The position numbers were made by a program, and so were the translations under genes. Under the pieces are notes generated by a model that saw only the letters and a list, made by a program, of their open reading frames with translations, was not told the DNA's origin and did not search any database. A stretch of DNA of 64,000 nucleotides from Octopus sinensis (lineage: Eukaryota). The first letter of the stretch is position 1. Each line of letters opens with the position of its first letter. This document shows positions 36,155 to 48,505 of this stretch, in pieces. The DNA lies in assembly GCF_006345805.1 (NCBI RefSeq), contig NC_043018.1:1116001-1180000 (forward strand). Reading direction: 5' to 3'.

Positions 36155-36810
36155 ACAAATTAGTAAATAAATGGCACAACTAAGTACCGATATTTACTGG
36201 AAATAGCTTCACCGCGTATGTATTAGCAAAAACGCGTGTGTGCAACGAATTAGAGAAAAAAAACCGTCTTACCTCCAGGGAGAACATCTGAAAGATGAAA
36301 CACCCGGAAAAAGATAATGTGGGACCTTCAGATTTCAGGTTTTACAAGATATGTCTCTCACCCATATTTTGTTTTACCTTCATCAGCCAAGCATATACCA
36401 AGACGAAATCTACGATGTTACCACATTAATACTAACACACTCGACTGAAATGCGGAACGCTAACAGTACGAGAAACGGTGAAGAAGTTTCAAAATATCAG
36501 TAATGCAATACAAAGTATTGCCTTCCAGTAAAAAGTAGCCCGTGAGGGAAAAATACACAAATTAGTAAATAAATGGCACAACTAAGTACCGATATTTACT
36601 GGAAATAGCGAACGTAAAAATACGGTGCTAATGTGTAGCTTCACCGCGTATGTATTAGCAAAAATGCGTGTGTGCAACAAATTGCTATGGTGATCCGTTT
36701 CTTGACTGAAGATTGAAGGCTTCGAATGTCCCGTGTGTGTTTTTTGTATCGACTTCTAAATGTTTTACGTTCTTGTCCCAGTTTGTATTTTTCTACATAT
36801 AATAATAATA
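36155..36810. repeat. 402-bp-period direct repeat; second unit ends in a Penelope-type terminus
   Basis: acaaattagtaaataaatggcacaactaagtacc at 36155 and 36557. The tail gttttacgttcttgtcccagtttgta resembles 41145-41175. Confidence 0.75.
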
Positions 36811-37395
36811 TATATATCATTTATATTATTATCTGATTAACCGTCACGCATCCATTTCCCAGTAAGCTTATCTTAATCTTTCTGATACGACTCTATACTG
36901 TTTACTCACCCTATCGCTTTCTCTTTCGTCCTTTCTCTAATTTCCTTTTTTTCTCCCATTTACCGTTCCCTATTTGTCTCTCTCTCCCCTCTTTCTCCTT
37001 TACTCTCTCTCTCTCTCGTTGCTCACACGTGACCGTCGTCCATATTTCCTTTCTTTCAGAGCTATCCTAAGGAATGGACGCATCCTATCTCTCTCTTCTA
37101 TCATTTCTCTTATCAAAGTAAATAATTCTCCGGCGTTCGCTATGTTACCCTCGTTCTGGCCTAATGACCCTCCATGTCCATTTTTGTTCGGTTTCCTTGT
37201 ATGTTTCCACTGCCCTGTTTTTGTTCCCAACTTTGATCCTAATTGTCACTAAATACAACCAGTGTTAGAACAGCTAGATTGCTAGAAATGAGAGCTAATA
37301 TGCTCTAATGCTCTAGTTAAAGCACTTCATTGTATACATATATACTGAGGAGGAGAGTAACTGCGCCAAAATACCGGTTGACAATTCCCTACAAT

Positions 37396-37445
37396 GATCG
37401 GTCATTTTCGGCTAATTCCGTAGCCTCATCAGTAGAGACCGCACG
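37396..37445 (-). ncRNA. Hammerhead remnant (H5): intact CUGAUGA, stem II and GAAA; no clear stem III or NUH
   Basis: Minus strand reads cggtctcta CTGATGA GGCTA cggaat TAGCC GAAA atgaccg. Confidence 0.5.
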
Positions 37446-37582
37446 AATCGGTTGATTCCGGATTTAATTCTCTGTTAGTACATATGTATTAATTATTAAA
37501 AATATATGGATAATTTAACGTATCGGTAATGTGTATATAAAAAATTAACATAGACATCCATGTGCAATATGTTACCATAGAC

Positions 37583-37801
37583 CAGTGGTTTTCAACCAGG
37601 GCTCCGCGGAACCTTAGGGTTCCGCCAGTACAGTGCAGGGGTTCCGCAAGAAGTTACAAAACTGCTAAAATCGGCAGTAATTTTTAAATCTCCTGTGCTG
37701 ATATGTGTGCATAAGACTATTAAATTATTGCACAGGGGTTCCTCGAGCCAGTGGAATGTTTCCTTGGGGTTCCACTCCACCAAAAAGTTTGAAAAGCACT
37801 G
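37583..37801. mobile_element. hAT-type MITE
   Basis: TIRs cagtggttttcaa / ttgaaaagcactg; 8-bp TSD-like flanks ccatagac / ccataaag (6/8). Confidence 0.75.
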
Positions 37802-38383
37802 CCATAAAGATATATGCATGCGTGCGGCGGGTAGAATAGCGACTAAGACAATATTACTGCTTTGAGATCGAACCTCTTAACGTAATAACTACGTCTGTAA
37901 AAGAGTAATGGCTTCTGAATTTGTATAGTGATTAGGTGTTGAAACTTAATTCTTCATCCAGTCTGCTACCCAAAAATGGCACCTGCGTCTCAATGGGTTT
38001 GGTGAACATAGTATTTATGAACAGAAGAAAAACTAGAGGTGAGATGAAATTCTCAAATGGATTAACATAGTGCTAAATAAACTCTAGAAAAAAAAACGTA
38101 TTGTTTCCAAATTATTAACTGCAAAATTGAAATAATTTTTAGTCAGGTTCTGAATTCTGCGTAATGAAAATAACCAGTAAAATCGTATAGAGTTGGTGAG
38201 AGAGCGCGCGAGAGGCAGAGACAGAGACACAGAGAAAAGTAGGGGAGGGGGTGCGTGGGAGAAAGAGAGGGAGAGGGTGAGAGATAGAAAAATATAACTA
38301 GAACAAAATAGAGGGAGATACAGAGAAGTATATCTGGAAATATACGAGCTATATTTCAGTTTTGATTTGGATCTTATGAATAA

Positions 38384-38766
38384 ACTTGCAGCATCACCCG
38401 GCGTTGCTCGAGTTTGTAAGGGAAATAACTATATAAACATTTTTAGAGAGTTATAGCCAAAAAATAACAAAAACATGCATTAAAAATGGAAAAAAATGAT
38501 GGTAATTTTTTTTAAATCGTTGACTCATCGTAGACATTTTTAGAGAGTTACTTCCCTTATATAATAGCGAAAAAATGCATTAAAATGGAAAAAATCATGG
38601 TAATTTTTTTTAAATCGTAGACGCGCGCTAATACCCAGAAGGGCTCAATATGAATCACGAATATAAGATACCCGGTTTTGGTTAAACTGCACCGCAAAAT
38701 GTGGGAGTAGTTAAGAATCTAAATCGTAGGAGACAGACACGCAACTTGACTTTTATATATAAAGAT
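38384..38766 (+). mobile_element. Non-autonomous Helitron-like (DINE/HINE-type) element
   Basis: 5' acttgcagcatcacccggcgttgctcg, internal ~95-bp duplicated unit, 3' acagacac...cttttatatataaagat. Class assignment is from recall of DINE-like termini. Confidence 0.6.
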
Positions 38767-39569
38767 ATGAGCATTAATATTATCTCTTCCTTTATGCACG
38801 CAAGCGCACACACATACAAATGTATTAATACATCCCTGGATTGACATGTATGTATGTGTGCAGGTATGAGGTTCTCTATGCATACGTATGCCTTTATTAG
38901 CTTCGCTGTTCATGCATGTTTTTTTGTATTGTTAACGTATATGTTTTTATATATATATATATTTCTTTTTTGTTGTTGTTGTTTATTTATAAAAAATGTC
39001 TTTAAGAAGTTTTTGGTGTTCCTTGTGTAATTATTCCGGGTCGTCGAGTACATTTGATGCCTGTGCCACAATGAAATGTTAGGAATGCACAGATAATTAA
39101 AAAAATAAAATAAAAGAACAACCACAACAACAAGATGAACAGGATAATAGCGTCGATGTATCTATTGTACTAGAAAACAAATAATTTTCGTTCATAAAAA
39201 GAACTCCAATAAGAATATAATTATAATTACAATAACAACAACAGCAACAATAATAATAATAATAATAATAATAATAGTTTTAGTAACAAAGAATTTGAAG
39301 AATATAAAAAATATGAACAGTAAAATATGATAAAACAATTACATTATAAAAGAATTCAATTGCTATTAAAATTGATTTAATCGAGTTGTAAACACATGAA
39401 ATTTATATTTATTGTTTAATCAATTTACTCATACGTACATTTGAATGTTTCTTTTCATATTCTCATGCATATGTGCACATGTAATATGTGAGATACACAT
39501 ATATTTATCTATATATATATATACACATGCATTGTATAAAAACGTAAGTGTGTGTATGTGTATACAAAC

Positions 39570-39619
<50 letters not shown>

Positions 39620-39654
39620 TATACATATACAATGAAAGGCTTGCAAATAGGAAA

Positions 39655-39801
39655 GCGTTGTGCTAGAAAGAGCAGTAGAAATCTCAAAAACCACAAAAAA
39701 GTGATAAATTCTCGAAATGAATGAAAATTTAAAAAGTTTACCATCTTTTTTTGTGTTTTTTGTGGTTTTTGAGATTTCTACTGCTCTTTCTACCACAACG
39801 C
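39655..39801. mobile_element. Fold-back / MITE with ~46-bp arms
   Basis: gcgttgtgctagaaagagcagtagaaatctcaaaaaccacaaaaaa versus ttttttgtggtttttgagatttctactgctctttctaccacaacgc. Confidence 0.8.
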
Positions 39802-39927
39802 CTTCCTTTATGGAAGCCTCTTACTGTATTTCTATATGAATAATATATAGTCTAATGACTAATTCGTTTTTTGTGCTAGGCCACTGGTAATAATGATTTA
39901 TTATTACCCTATGTATTATGTTTATAC

Positions 39928-39961
<34 letters not shown>

Positions 39962-40250
39962 ATAGATGTGTTTTGAGTACACGTTTGTATACATATACGT
40001 GTGGATGAGGCAAACGAAAAGTGAAGACGGCGGATGATTATCAGATGTAAAATATGTTGCGTTCCACGGAAATGTGAATATTTCACAAATCGTTACTCCC
40101 AGATTCCTATAGCCGAAACTGAGATCGCTAACACCTATTCTATGTATGTGTATGAATGCACACACACACACACACACACATACACACACACATATATATA
40201 TATGTAAGCATTTATGATTTCCATATATCTATATCTATATCTATATCTAC

Positions 40251-41177
40251 ATATAGTACAAAATGGGACAAGAACGCAAAAGATCCAGACAGGTGATACA
40301 AAAAAGGGACAACAAAACATCCAGATAGACGATACAAAGATAACAAGGAAGGGTCATTCGGAGTTTTTTTCTCAGTCGAGTTCCATATTATCTTTGCAAT
40401 TTCGGCTGGTTATACTCGAGATTGCTCCACTCTGGCAGGTCCCAAGGACACCTAAATCTTGTACGACTCTATTCTTTCTTTCTTTCTTATATTCTTTTTT
40501 CCTTTCTATCAGCCTTTTCCCGCTCAATTCCTTCATTCCACTCTTCGCTCTTTCGTTCCCCTCTTTCACATTTCCTTACCTTTTCTTCTTGCTTACTTTC
40601 TCTCCCCTTTTCACTTCACTGTGACCCTGTCATTTTTTCTCACCCTTCCTTAATTCTCCTGTCCCTCTGCCTCTACCTCTCGCTCTTCTCTCCCCACATG
40701 ACCGGTGTTCGGCCAAGCCTAATCTTTCTTTCTTGGTCCGGCCGTCGTCCGTGCAACATCTATATTCGTCCCTGTGCCTGTGAAATCTCGTAACCCTGCC
40801 GTAAGGCTTTATTTCCACACACGCTAGCTTAATTTAATTCGTCTTTTTAGTCGAAAGACACCTGTTGTTATGTCCTGTTATTTGTATTTATGTAACATTC
40901 TCCGTTTTCTTTTCCGTCCTTGTTTTCGTATACATTCGCTGTTTTCTTCCAATGAATCTAATGCCCTTAGGTTAGTGTGTCCTTGGGACCTGCCAGATTG
41001 GAGCAATCTCGAGTATAACAAGCCGAAATTGCAAAGATAATATGGAACTCGACTGAGGAAAAAACTCCGAATGACCCTTCCTTGTTATCTTTGTATCGTC
41101 TATCTGGATGTCTTGTTGTCCCTTTTTTGTATCACCTGTTTGGATGTTTTGCGTTCTTGTCCCATTTTGTACTATAT
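40251..41177. mobile_element. Non-coding element with ~200-bp inverted arms, probably Penelope-derived
   Basis: 40251-40451 is the reverse complement of 40977-41177. The loop is pyrimidine-rich, the outer ends run into TA-rich microsatellite, and the arms contain a CTGAGGA..GAAT remnant. Confidence 0.7.
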
Positions 41178-41232
41178 ATATATATACACACACACACAAA
41201 CACACACACACACACACATACATACATATATA

Positions 41233-41281
<49 letters not shown>

Positions 41282-41284
41282 TAT

Positions 41285-41511
41285 TTCTTTACTACCAACA
41301 AGGGGCTAAACACAGAGAGGACAAACAAAGACAGACAAACGGATTAAGTCGATTATATCGACCCCAGTGCGTACCTGGTACTTATTTAATCGATCCCGAA
41401 AGGATGAAAGGCAAAGTCGACCTCGGCAGAATTTGAACTCAGAACGTGTCGGCAGACGAACTACTGCTAAGCATTTCGCCTGGCGTGATAACGTTTCAGT
41501 CAGTTCACCGC

Positions 41512-41515
<4 letters not shown>
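41285..41515 (-). mobile_element. SINE B, tail type 1
   Basis: Family B reverse complement. Confidence 0.85.
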
Positions 41516-41569
<54 letters not shown>

Positions 41570-41571
<2 letters not shown>

Positions 41572-41897
41572 AAGTAGATAAATGAATTATCTTATTACGG
41601 ATAATTGAAATGATAACCGATACCTGGGTAGCAAAAATTACAACAGAAAAAGCACGGTTGAAGTTACGACCATGGGGTATAAAAACCGTGCCTTAGTGCG
41701 GAAATTTGAAGTTTTATATATTAAGTGTAGGAAAAAATGGAGCTGAACGAAGATTTAACAAAATTCCTTTATATTATTTTCTACATATGTTTCGAAGGCT
41801 GCAAAGTCCCTAATTCGGATTGAATAAGGAGTCCATTTTGCAGCTTTCTCTTCAGGAAAATCCAGGAACTTAATTCTCCAACAGTGAATTTTCCTAC

Positions 41898-41901
<4 letters not shown>
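41570..41901 (-). mobile_element. 332-bp non-coding hammerhead element (family H2) between two (TA)n tracts
   Basis: Contains an intact hammerhead; a homologous rearranged copy lies at 121-340; no ORF. Confidence 0.75.
41777..41860 (-). ncRNA. Type I hammerhead ribozyme, apparently intact (H2)
   Basis: Minus strand reads ttttc CTGAAGA [GAAAGCTGCAAA...TTTGCAGCCTTC, 11/12 bp] GAAA CATATG TA gaaaa. Stem I is perfect, stem III is the palindrome ACATATGT, and GUA cleavage falls between 41782 and 41781. Confidence 0.85.
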
Positions 41902-41954
<53 letters not shown>

Positions 41955-42924
41955 GTCTATGTTTGTGTGTAACCGTGATACAGACTATTTTATTTCCTCT
42001 CCCGTTTTCTGCTTTCTCCATCTGTTTAGGCTCCTCATTCTTTTCTGTAAAATAGGGTGGGCTCGAAACGTCAAAGCCTGTCTCAACTTCATGGGCATCA
42101 AATTGATACTTGCTGTTTGTTATCTCCTCATCTGTTTCGCCCTTTTGTTTCACTGAATATTGTACAATTTTGAAGCATACACTTGCGTCAGAAATTAATT
42201 AGCACTTCTCAAATTTCTACATTAAATAGGTTAATCAATTAACCTATGAGCTGTTCAAAACGTCTTACGCGATGAGAAAACTTAGTATGGTGTGATTTCG
42301 GTCCTTGCGAGGCGCTACCTTTATCTATTAAACAAAGGAAGATTTGTCTGCATCCGCACTCCAAGTTGTTGTTGCACTGCTATGTCAACATCATAAGGCT
42401 GTAGACTCTCAAAATGCTCTGCAAACAAAGTTACGTCATCGTTCTGCGCAACAGTGAACTCGCAACAAAGCAATAGTTCGAGATATGGCCACTAGGTGAC
42501 AGCACATACCTTGAGTGAAGAGCAAATCAAGGGTGCTAATTAATTTCTGACAGTAGTGTATATACATATATACATCTGAGTGCGTTTGTGAGTGTGTGTA
42601 TATTTCCATTTGATGAATATCTTACTTAAGACATTTACTGTTTCATTGCCATCCTGACGTCAATATTTGCAATCGATCATAGATAATCTTTAATGCAGAG
42701 ATTTACAATTATTCAATAAAGAAATCCTGATAGATTTTTATGCTTTGCTTTATAGCATCTGTACTGAGATTTTTTTCTTTTTGATCTGCTTGTTATATTT
42801 CTACATGCAACGTGAGCACACAAAACTGAATGATTTCCTTTTAAATAAGTTTTCTTCTCGGTCTTATTTCACTTTTATTTAACGTTTTCATTTTTTAATG
42901 TAAAGTCAACCAAAGAAATATCTA

Positions 42925-43330
42925 GGCGCAGGAGTGGCTGTGTGGTAAGTAGCTTGCTAACCAGCCACATGGTTCCGGGTTCAGTCCCACTGCGTGGCAT
43001 CTTGGGCAAGTGTCTTCTGCTATAGCCCCGCGCCGACCAATGCCTTGTGAGTGGATTTGGTAGACGGAAACTGAAAGAAGCTTGTCGTATATATGTATAT
43101 ATATGCGTGTGTGTATATGTTTGTGTTTCTGTGTTTGTCCCCCTAGCATTGCTTGACAACCGATGCTGGTGTGTTTACGTCCCCGTCACCTAGCGGTTCG
43201 GCAAAAAGAGACCGATAGAATAAGTACTGGGCTTACAAGGAATAAATCTCGGGGTCGATTTGCTCGACTAAAGGCGGTGCTCCAGCATGGCCGCAGTCAA
43301 ATGACTGAAACAAGTAAAAGAGTAAAAAGA
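42925..43330 (+). mobile_element. SINE A, full length
   Basis: ggcgcaggagtggctgtgtggtaagtagc ... atgactgaaacaagtaaaagag. Confidence 0.9.
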
Positions 43331-43669
43331 GTATTGTACATGTACATCCGATGTAACAGTCTGAATCCAAATATTCACCAAATTTATGCTTGCATAGAAT
43401 GTGCACATATCACATAGGCAGTTCGAAATATGCAACATACGTTCGTGTTTGAGGATTCGTGTGAAAATGCGACTTTTAGTTAAAGTGTCTTGTGAAAATA
43501 TGAAAGCTTTTGGCTGCGTGATGTGTAAAGTTTGATTTTCGTTTTGTTTATAACGGGTTTATCTATTCCTTTACCTGTCTGTAACTCCCTTACGCAGTTT
43601 AAAAACCTCGTACTCCGTCGCTTACGACGACGAGTATCTGGGTTCATCTGATCAATGGAACAGCCTGCT

Positions 43670-43915
43670 TTTGAAATTAACAGGCAAGTAGTTGAGCCAT
43701 CCACAAACATGCGTACTCTTAGCGTAGTTCTCAGAGAGATTCCGAAAAAGTAGCAAGACTGGTCATTTGAAAGACAGGTACAGCTAATTTGTTGAGTGGA
43801 TGAGAGCAACAGGGAATATGTCTTGCTGAAGGATATAGCGCGTCACCGGGAATCGAAATTACAACCACATGATAGTAAGCCAATACCATAACCACTAAGC
43901 CACCCGACTTCACCA
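43670..43915 (-). mobile_element. Degenerate SINE C (CORE-like body + tail A)
   Basis: Similarity to 16086-16394 and 47292-47674. Confidence 0.55.
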
Positions 43916-44165
43916 CAGTTTGTTTTATGTGTTTGCCTCTTATATTTCTGAACAGAGAAATGAGACAGTTCTTGAGCTATAAGCAGATGCTGGATCACAT
44001 GTGTTTCAAATAAATTATACAGGATTAATAAGCTTATATAAGCATTCCAGATTATGAATACTTTAACATTAAGACAGTGCTGTCTTTAATTTAACCTAGA
44101 GAAAAGCCAGGCTTTCTAGGCTTAGAGAAATCGTATACATACATGCAGTTATACACACAAGCGTA

Positions 44166-44203
<38 letters not shown>

Positions 44204-44936
44204 CATACACACATGCATATATGTGTGTGTGTGTGCGTGCAGGCACGCGTGTAAATTTCGTTCTCGCTTGTACAAACACGTACACCCATTGTTCTAAACT
44301 TGTCTCTTGGAATTAATTTCTCTGCTCAAATAATTTTGAGAATCAACGTTTGGGAAATTTTAAGTTTTCCCATAAAATGAAGACTTCCAGCAAATAAAAT
44401 CAAACTATTTTTAAGTAAGAAATATAGATTGTAAATGAGACCGACGCGGTATTGTGCTTTTCACACAACAGAAAGAAATGTCTTCATGAAATCCTACACT
44501 GCAACGCTGCAGATATTTTTAAATGCTCCACTTTTTTATATCCTCGTGAAGGAACACTGTGTTAGTTGATAATCATAGGGAAGCCTTATGCTAGTTGTTA
44601 ATCAATCGAAATACTGAACTAAAAATAACATTATTAACTACGTAAAATAATTACGTATCGATACACGACTGTATCAATATTCTTTTATTCTTTTTATCTT
44701 TTACGAATCGAACCCAACATTCCTTAGTTTTTAAGCTTAGTACTCTCTCTATTGGTTTCTTTTGCCGAACTGCGAGATTATGAGGATGTAAAAATACACC
44801 AATACCGGCTGTGAAGCGGTGATGGGAGGAACAAACATGTAAACAAAGACACAAGTACATAGATATATGATATATACACATATATATGTGTATATATATA
44901 TATAATATATATATATATATTATATATATATATATG

Positions 44937-44992
<56 letters not shown>

Positions 44993-45010
44993 ATACATAC
45001 ATATATATAC

Positions 45011-45042
<32 letters not shown>

Positions 45043-45112
45043 TAATAAATTTTAGGTTAGCAAAAAATTCTAGAAAAATTCTCCGCTACCAGCGGTCAAG
45101 TGAGACTATATA

Positions 45113-45456
45113 ATATACATTCAAACATATAAGGGATTGTCATAATAGGACATCCGACTCACTAGAAAGAGCAGCCAAACTCCAAACCACTAATAGTTGC
45201 AATTCTGAAATGGAAAGAGAAATAAAAACGTTTACCCTCTCCTTCTGGACTATGCATAATTTCGGCAATCTTTGTAAATAAATTAATTTATTTACCCCTG
45301 GTGTTGCCTCGTCAGCAGAAAAGACAAGGACTAACATATATCACGAGGCGATGATAAACATGCCTCGAATCTATATGTTATAACTTTTCAAAATCCACCA
45401 TTTCTAGTGAGTCGGATGTCCTATTATGGCCATCCCTTATATGTTTGAATGTATAT
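45113..45456. mobile_element. Fold-back element with ~55-bp near-perfect terminal inverted repeats in TA-rich DNA
   Basis: tatacattcaaacatataagggat..cataataggacatccgactcactagaaa versus its reverse complement at 45401-45456. Confidence 0.8.
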
Positions 45457-45529
45457 ATATATTATATATATATATATTCATGCATACATACATACATACA
45501 TACATACATACACATACACGCATGTATAC

Positions 45530-45575
<46 letters not shown>

Positions 45576-45688
45576 TAAATATGTGAAGTATTATTACTGT
45601 TAAAAATAGTAATAATTAGGCGGCTAGCAAAACTTCTAGCTAAAGAGGTATAAAATATTTAAAGAAAAGGATAAAAATACTGTTTGCC

Positions 45689-45954
45689 AAAAAATTAAAG
45701 CGAAAGCTTCAAAAAAATATTTTTAAAAACCACCAATTCTAGATAAATACACACACGAGCAATGCAATGAATATTTTTAAATATAGGTCTATATTCAGGA
45801 TGGAATTTCAAGGAGACTAATATGGAATGTCTTAGCCTTCATTGAAATTCCATCCTGAAGGTAGGCTCATTTTAAAAAATATTCATTGTATTGCTTGTGT
45901 GCGTTTTTATCGTAGAATTAGTGGGTTTTTTTGAAGCTTGCAGTTTAATTTTTT
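45689..45954. repeat. ~265-bp imperfect hairpin (MITE-like)
   Basis: aagcttcaaaaaaa..gcaatgcaatgaatatt..ttcaggatggaatttcaa-loop-ttgaaattccatcctgaa..aatattcattgtattgc..tttttttgaagctt. Confidence 0.8.
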
Positions 45955-47291
45955 AGCAAGCGGTATCTTTACCCTTCTTTTCTTTAAATACGAGTGTATA
46001 TATATATACAAATATGTGTGTGGTGTGTGTGTGTGTGTTCGTGTGTGTATGTGTGTGTGTGTGTGTGTGCGTGTTATAGCCATAACTTATTGTAGTCAAA
46101 CTAAAAATAGATAAGGTATTTGAAATGGTTGGATTAAGCACAGACTATATATGGATTTCTAAGAAGACGAAGAAAAACTGTCTTTCCTCCTAAATGTTAA
46201 TTAATCGATCTCACTACTAGTACGCCGCATTAATTAACCAAAACTTATTAAATAACATTAATGTTAGATTTAGGAATGCCAATGTCCTCCGTTAATGGAA
46301 GAATGGTAACTTTGCCTTCAATAGGTTTAATAAAATTAGCAATAAAACTGAGCGCCAACTCACTCAATTAGACTTTGCCGATTTCTGTCACATCACATCC
46401 AATTTCAGCTCACCGGCGCTTTAAATGTTACTAATATATACAGTACTATTAATGACTACTGAACAGATATAATTATACCAGCTCGAAAAACGTAGTCTTC
46501 TGGTGACAAATACTAATTTGTTAGATGCCAGTATGACATTATCGTATAGAACATAGACATGAGATACCAGTGAATTTAAATTGCTCGTACATACCGCAAT
46601 AAATATGTAGTTACATTGATACTGGATTATCTTATCGGAATATGCCAACAGCAAATAAAAAATTTTCGTATTCGTAAAACACTTTTCCAGCGTTGTTATC
46701 AATTTTGCTGCTAATACAACCATATCAGCTAGCATAAGTATAGCTACATCCGTAGATGTTACTAGAAATTTAACCGCTAACAAGATTAAGCAGGATTAAA
46801 CAACAAAAGAAACCAAGCGAAAAGCGCCTGGATATCAAAAACCTATTTAAGCAAAGGAGAAAAATATTGTATAATTTTACGAGTATAATTCTTTACTTTG
46901 TAATGAAAATGTATTCGGCTTAGTAGTCTCGTGATCTTTTAGGGCATCAACAAAATTAAGATTTATAAATAATAACCACGGTAGAACTGTTCCCTGTCAT
47001 CCACGAAACGAAAATAAATTTCTGATAAACATGAGGTTCCAAACCTTTTTCTCGTAATGCGTCAAATGGAAAAAGATTAAACATCTGTTAGACCTTCTAA
47101 ACAGACCTTTCCTGATAAACCATCATTAGATTCAATATCCTTTTCTCATTGGACGTCAAAATAAGCGATAGTTAAACATTTATTATAACTCATTAGTAAA
47201 TATTTCATGACAAACAACATTATAAGGTCTATTTAATAAGAATCATTGAAATTCTAAGTTATAGTCGCGCATCAAACATAAATTGTAGTTA

Positions 47292-47674
47292 GGAGCACTC
47301 CGTCGGTTACGACGATGAGGGTCCCAGCTGATACGAATCAACGGAACAGCTTCCTCGTGGAATTAACGTGCAAGTAGCTGAGCATTCCACAGACACGTGT
47401 ACCCTTAACGTAGTTCTCGAGGAGATTCAGCGTGACACAGAGTGTGACAAGGATGGCCCTTTGAAATACAGGTACAACAGAAACAGGAAGAAAGAGTGAG
47501 AGAAAGTTGTGGTGAAAGAGTACAGCAGGGTTCACCACCACCCCCTGCAGGAGCCTCGTGAAGCTTTAGGTGTTTTCGCTCAACAAACACTCACAAAGCC
47601 CGGTCTGGGAATCGAAACCGCGATCCTACGACCGCGAGTTCGCTGCCCTAACCACTAGGCCATTGCGCCTCCAC
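47292..47674 (-). mobile_element. SINE C: tRNA(Arg)-like head + body X + tail A
   Basis: Reverse complement starts gtggaggcgcaatggcctagtggttagggcag..ggtttcgattcccag (A and B boxes). Confidence 0.85.
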
Positions 47675-48059
47675 GAACATAAATTGTATAATTACAATAA
47701 ATCTTGCCAAAATAGCAAAATCTAGCAACTGAGTATATATTCCCGTTCACTGAATTTAGAAACATCGAGATATCTTATGAGGCTAAAAACATCTTCATGG
47801 AAATGAAGAATTTAACGCGATTACACACGTCCAATTGCAGTCATACCCAATAATCAAAATGCGGTACATAAACACAAACATTAAGATCTTTTAGGAAAGC
47901 ATTATTTCATTCAATACAAGTACAATGCAGTATCCGTTGTACTTGTAGACGTAGCGCGATTAATAATGGGTCTGTATGTGAACATAACAGTATACACAAA
48001 TAAACCAATATGGAAAGTCGCGCCGCCTACCCTCTAAATAGATAGATAGATAGATAGAT

Positions 48060-48102
<43 letters not shown>

Positions 48103-48191
48103 CATACATACATATATACATATATACTTATGTATATGCATACACACAAATGAATATATATATATATGCGTGTGTGTGTATGTCTGTGTGT

Positions 48192-48505
48192 GTGGAGGCG
48201 CAATGGCCCAGTGGTTAGGGCAGCAGAATTGTGGTCGGAGGATTGCAGTTTCGATTCCCAGACCGGGCGTTTTGAGTGTTTATTGAGCGAAAGCACCTAA
48301 ACCTCTACGAGGCACAGACAGGGGGTGGTGGCGACCCCAGTTGTACTCTTTCGGCCCAAATTTCTCTCACTTTTCTTCCTGTTTCTTGAGTAACGCAGCG
48401 ATGGACTGGCGTCCCGTCCAACTGTGGGAACTCATACGCCATAGAAACCAGGAAATCGACCCCCATGAGCCTGGCTAGGCTTGAAAAGGGCGCATAAATA
48501 AAACA
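48192..48505 (+). mobile_element. SINE C: same head + body X + tail B
   Basis: gtggaggcgcaatggcccagtgg ... cctgtttcttgagtaacgcagcgatggactggcg ... atgagcctggctaggc. Confidence 0.85.

Noticed and set aside
41053-41078. CTGAGGA...GAATGACC as an active hammerhead
   Set aside because: Stem II is unpaired and GAAA/NUH are not satisfied; at most a fossil.
47600-48270. tRNA genes (also the heads at 15087, 21066 and 42925)
   Set aside because: tRNA-like A/B boxes run directly into SINE bodies, with no complete cloverleaf; these are SINE heads.
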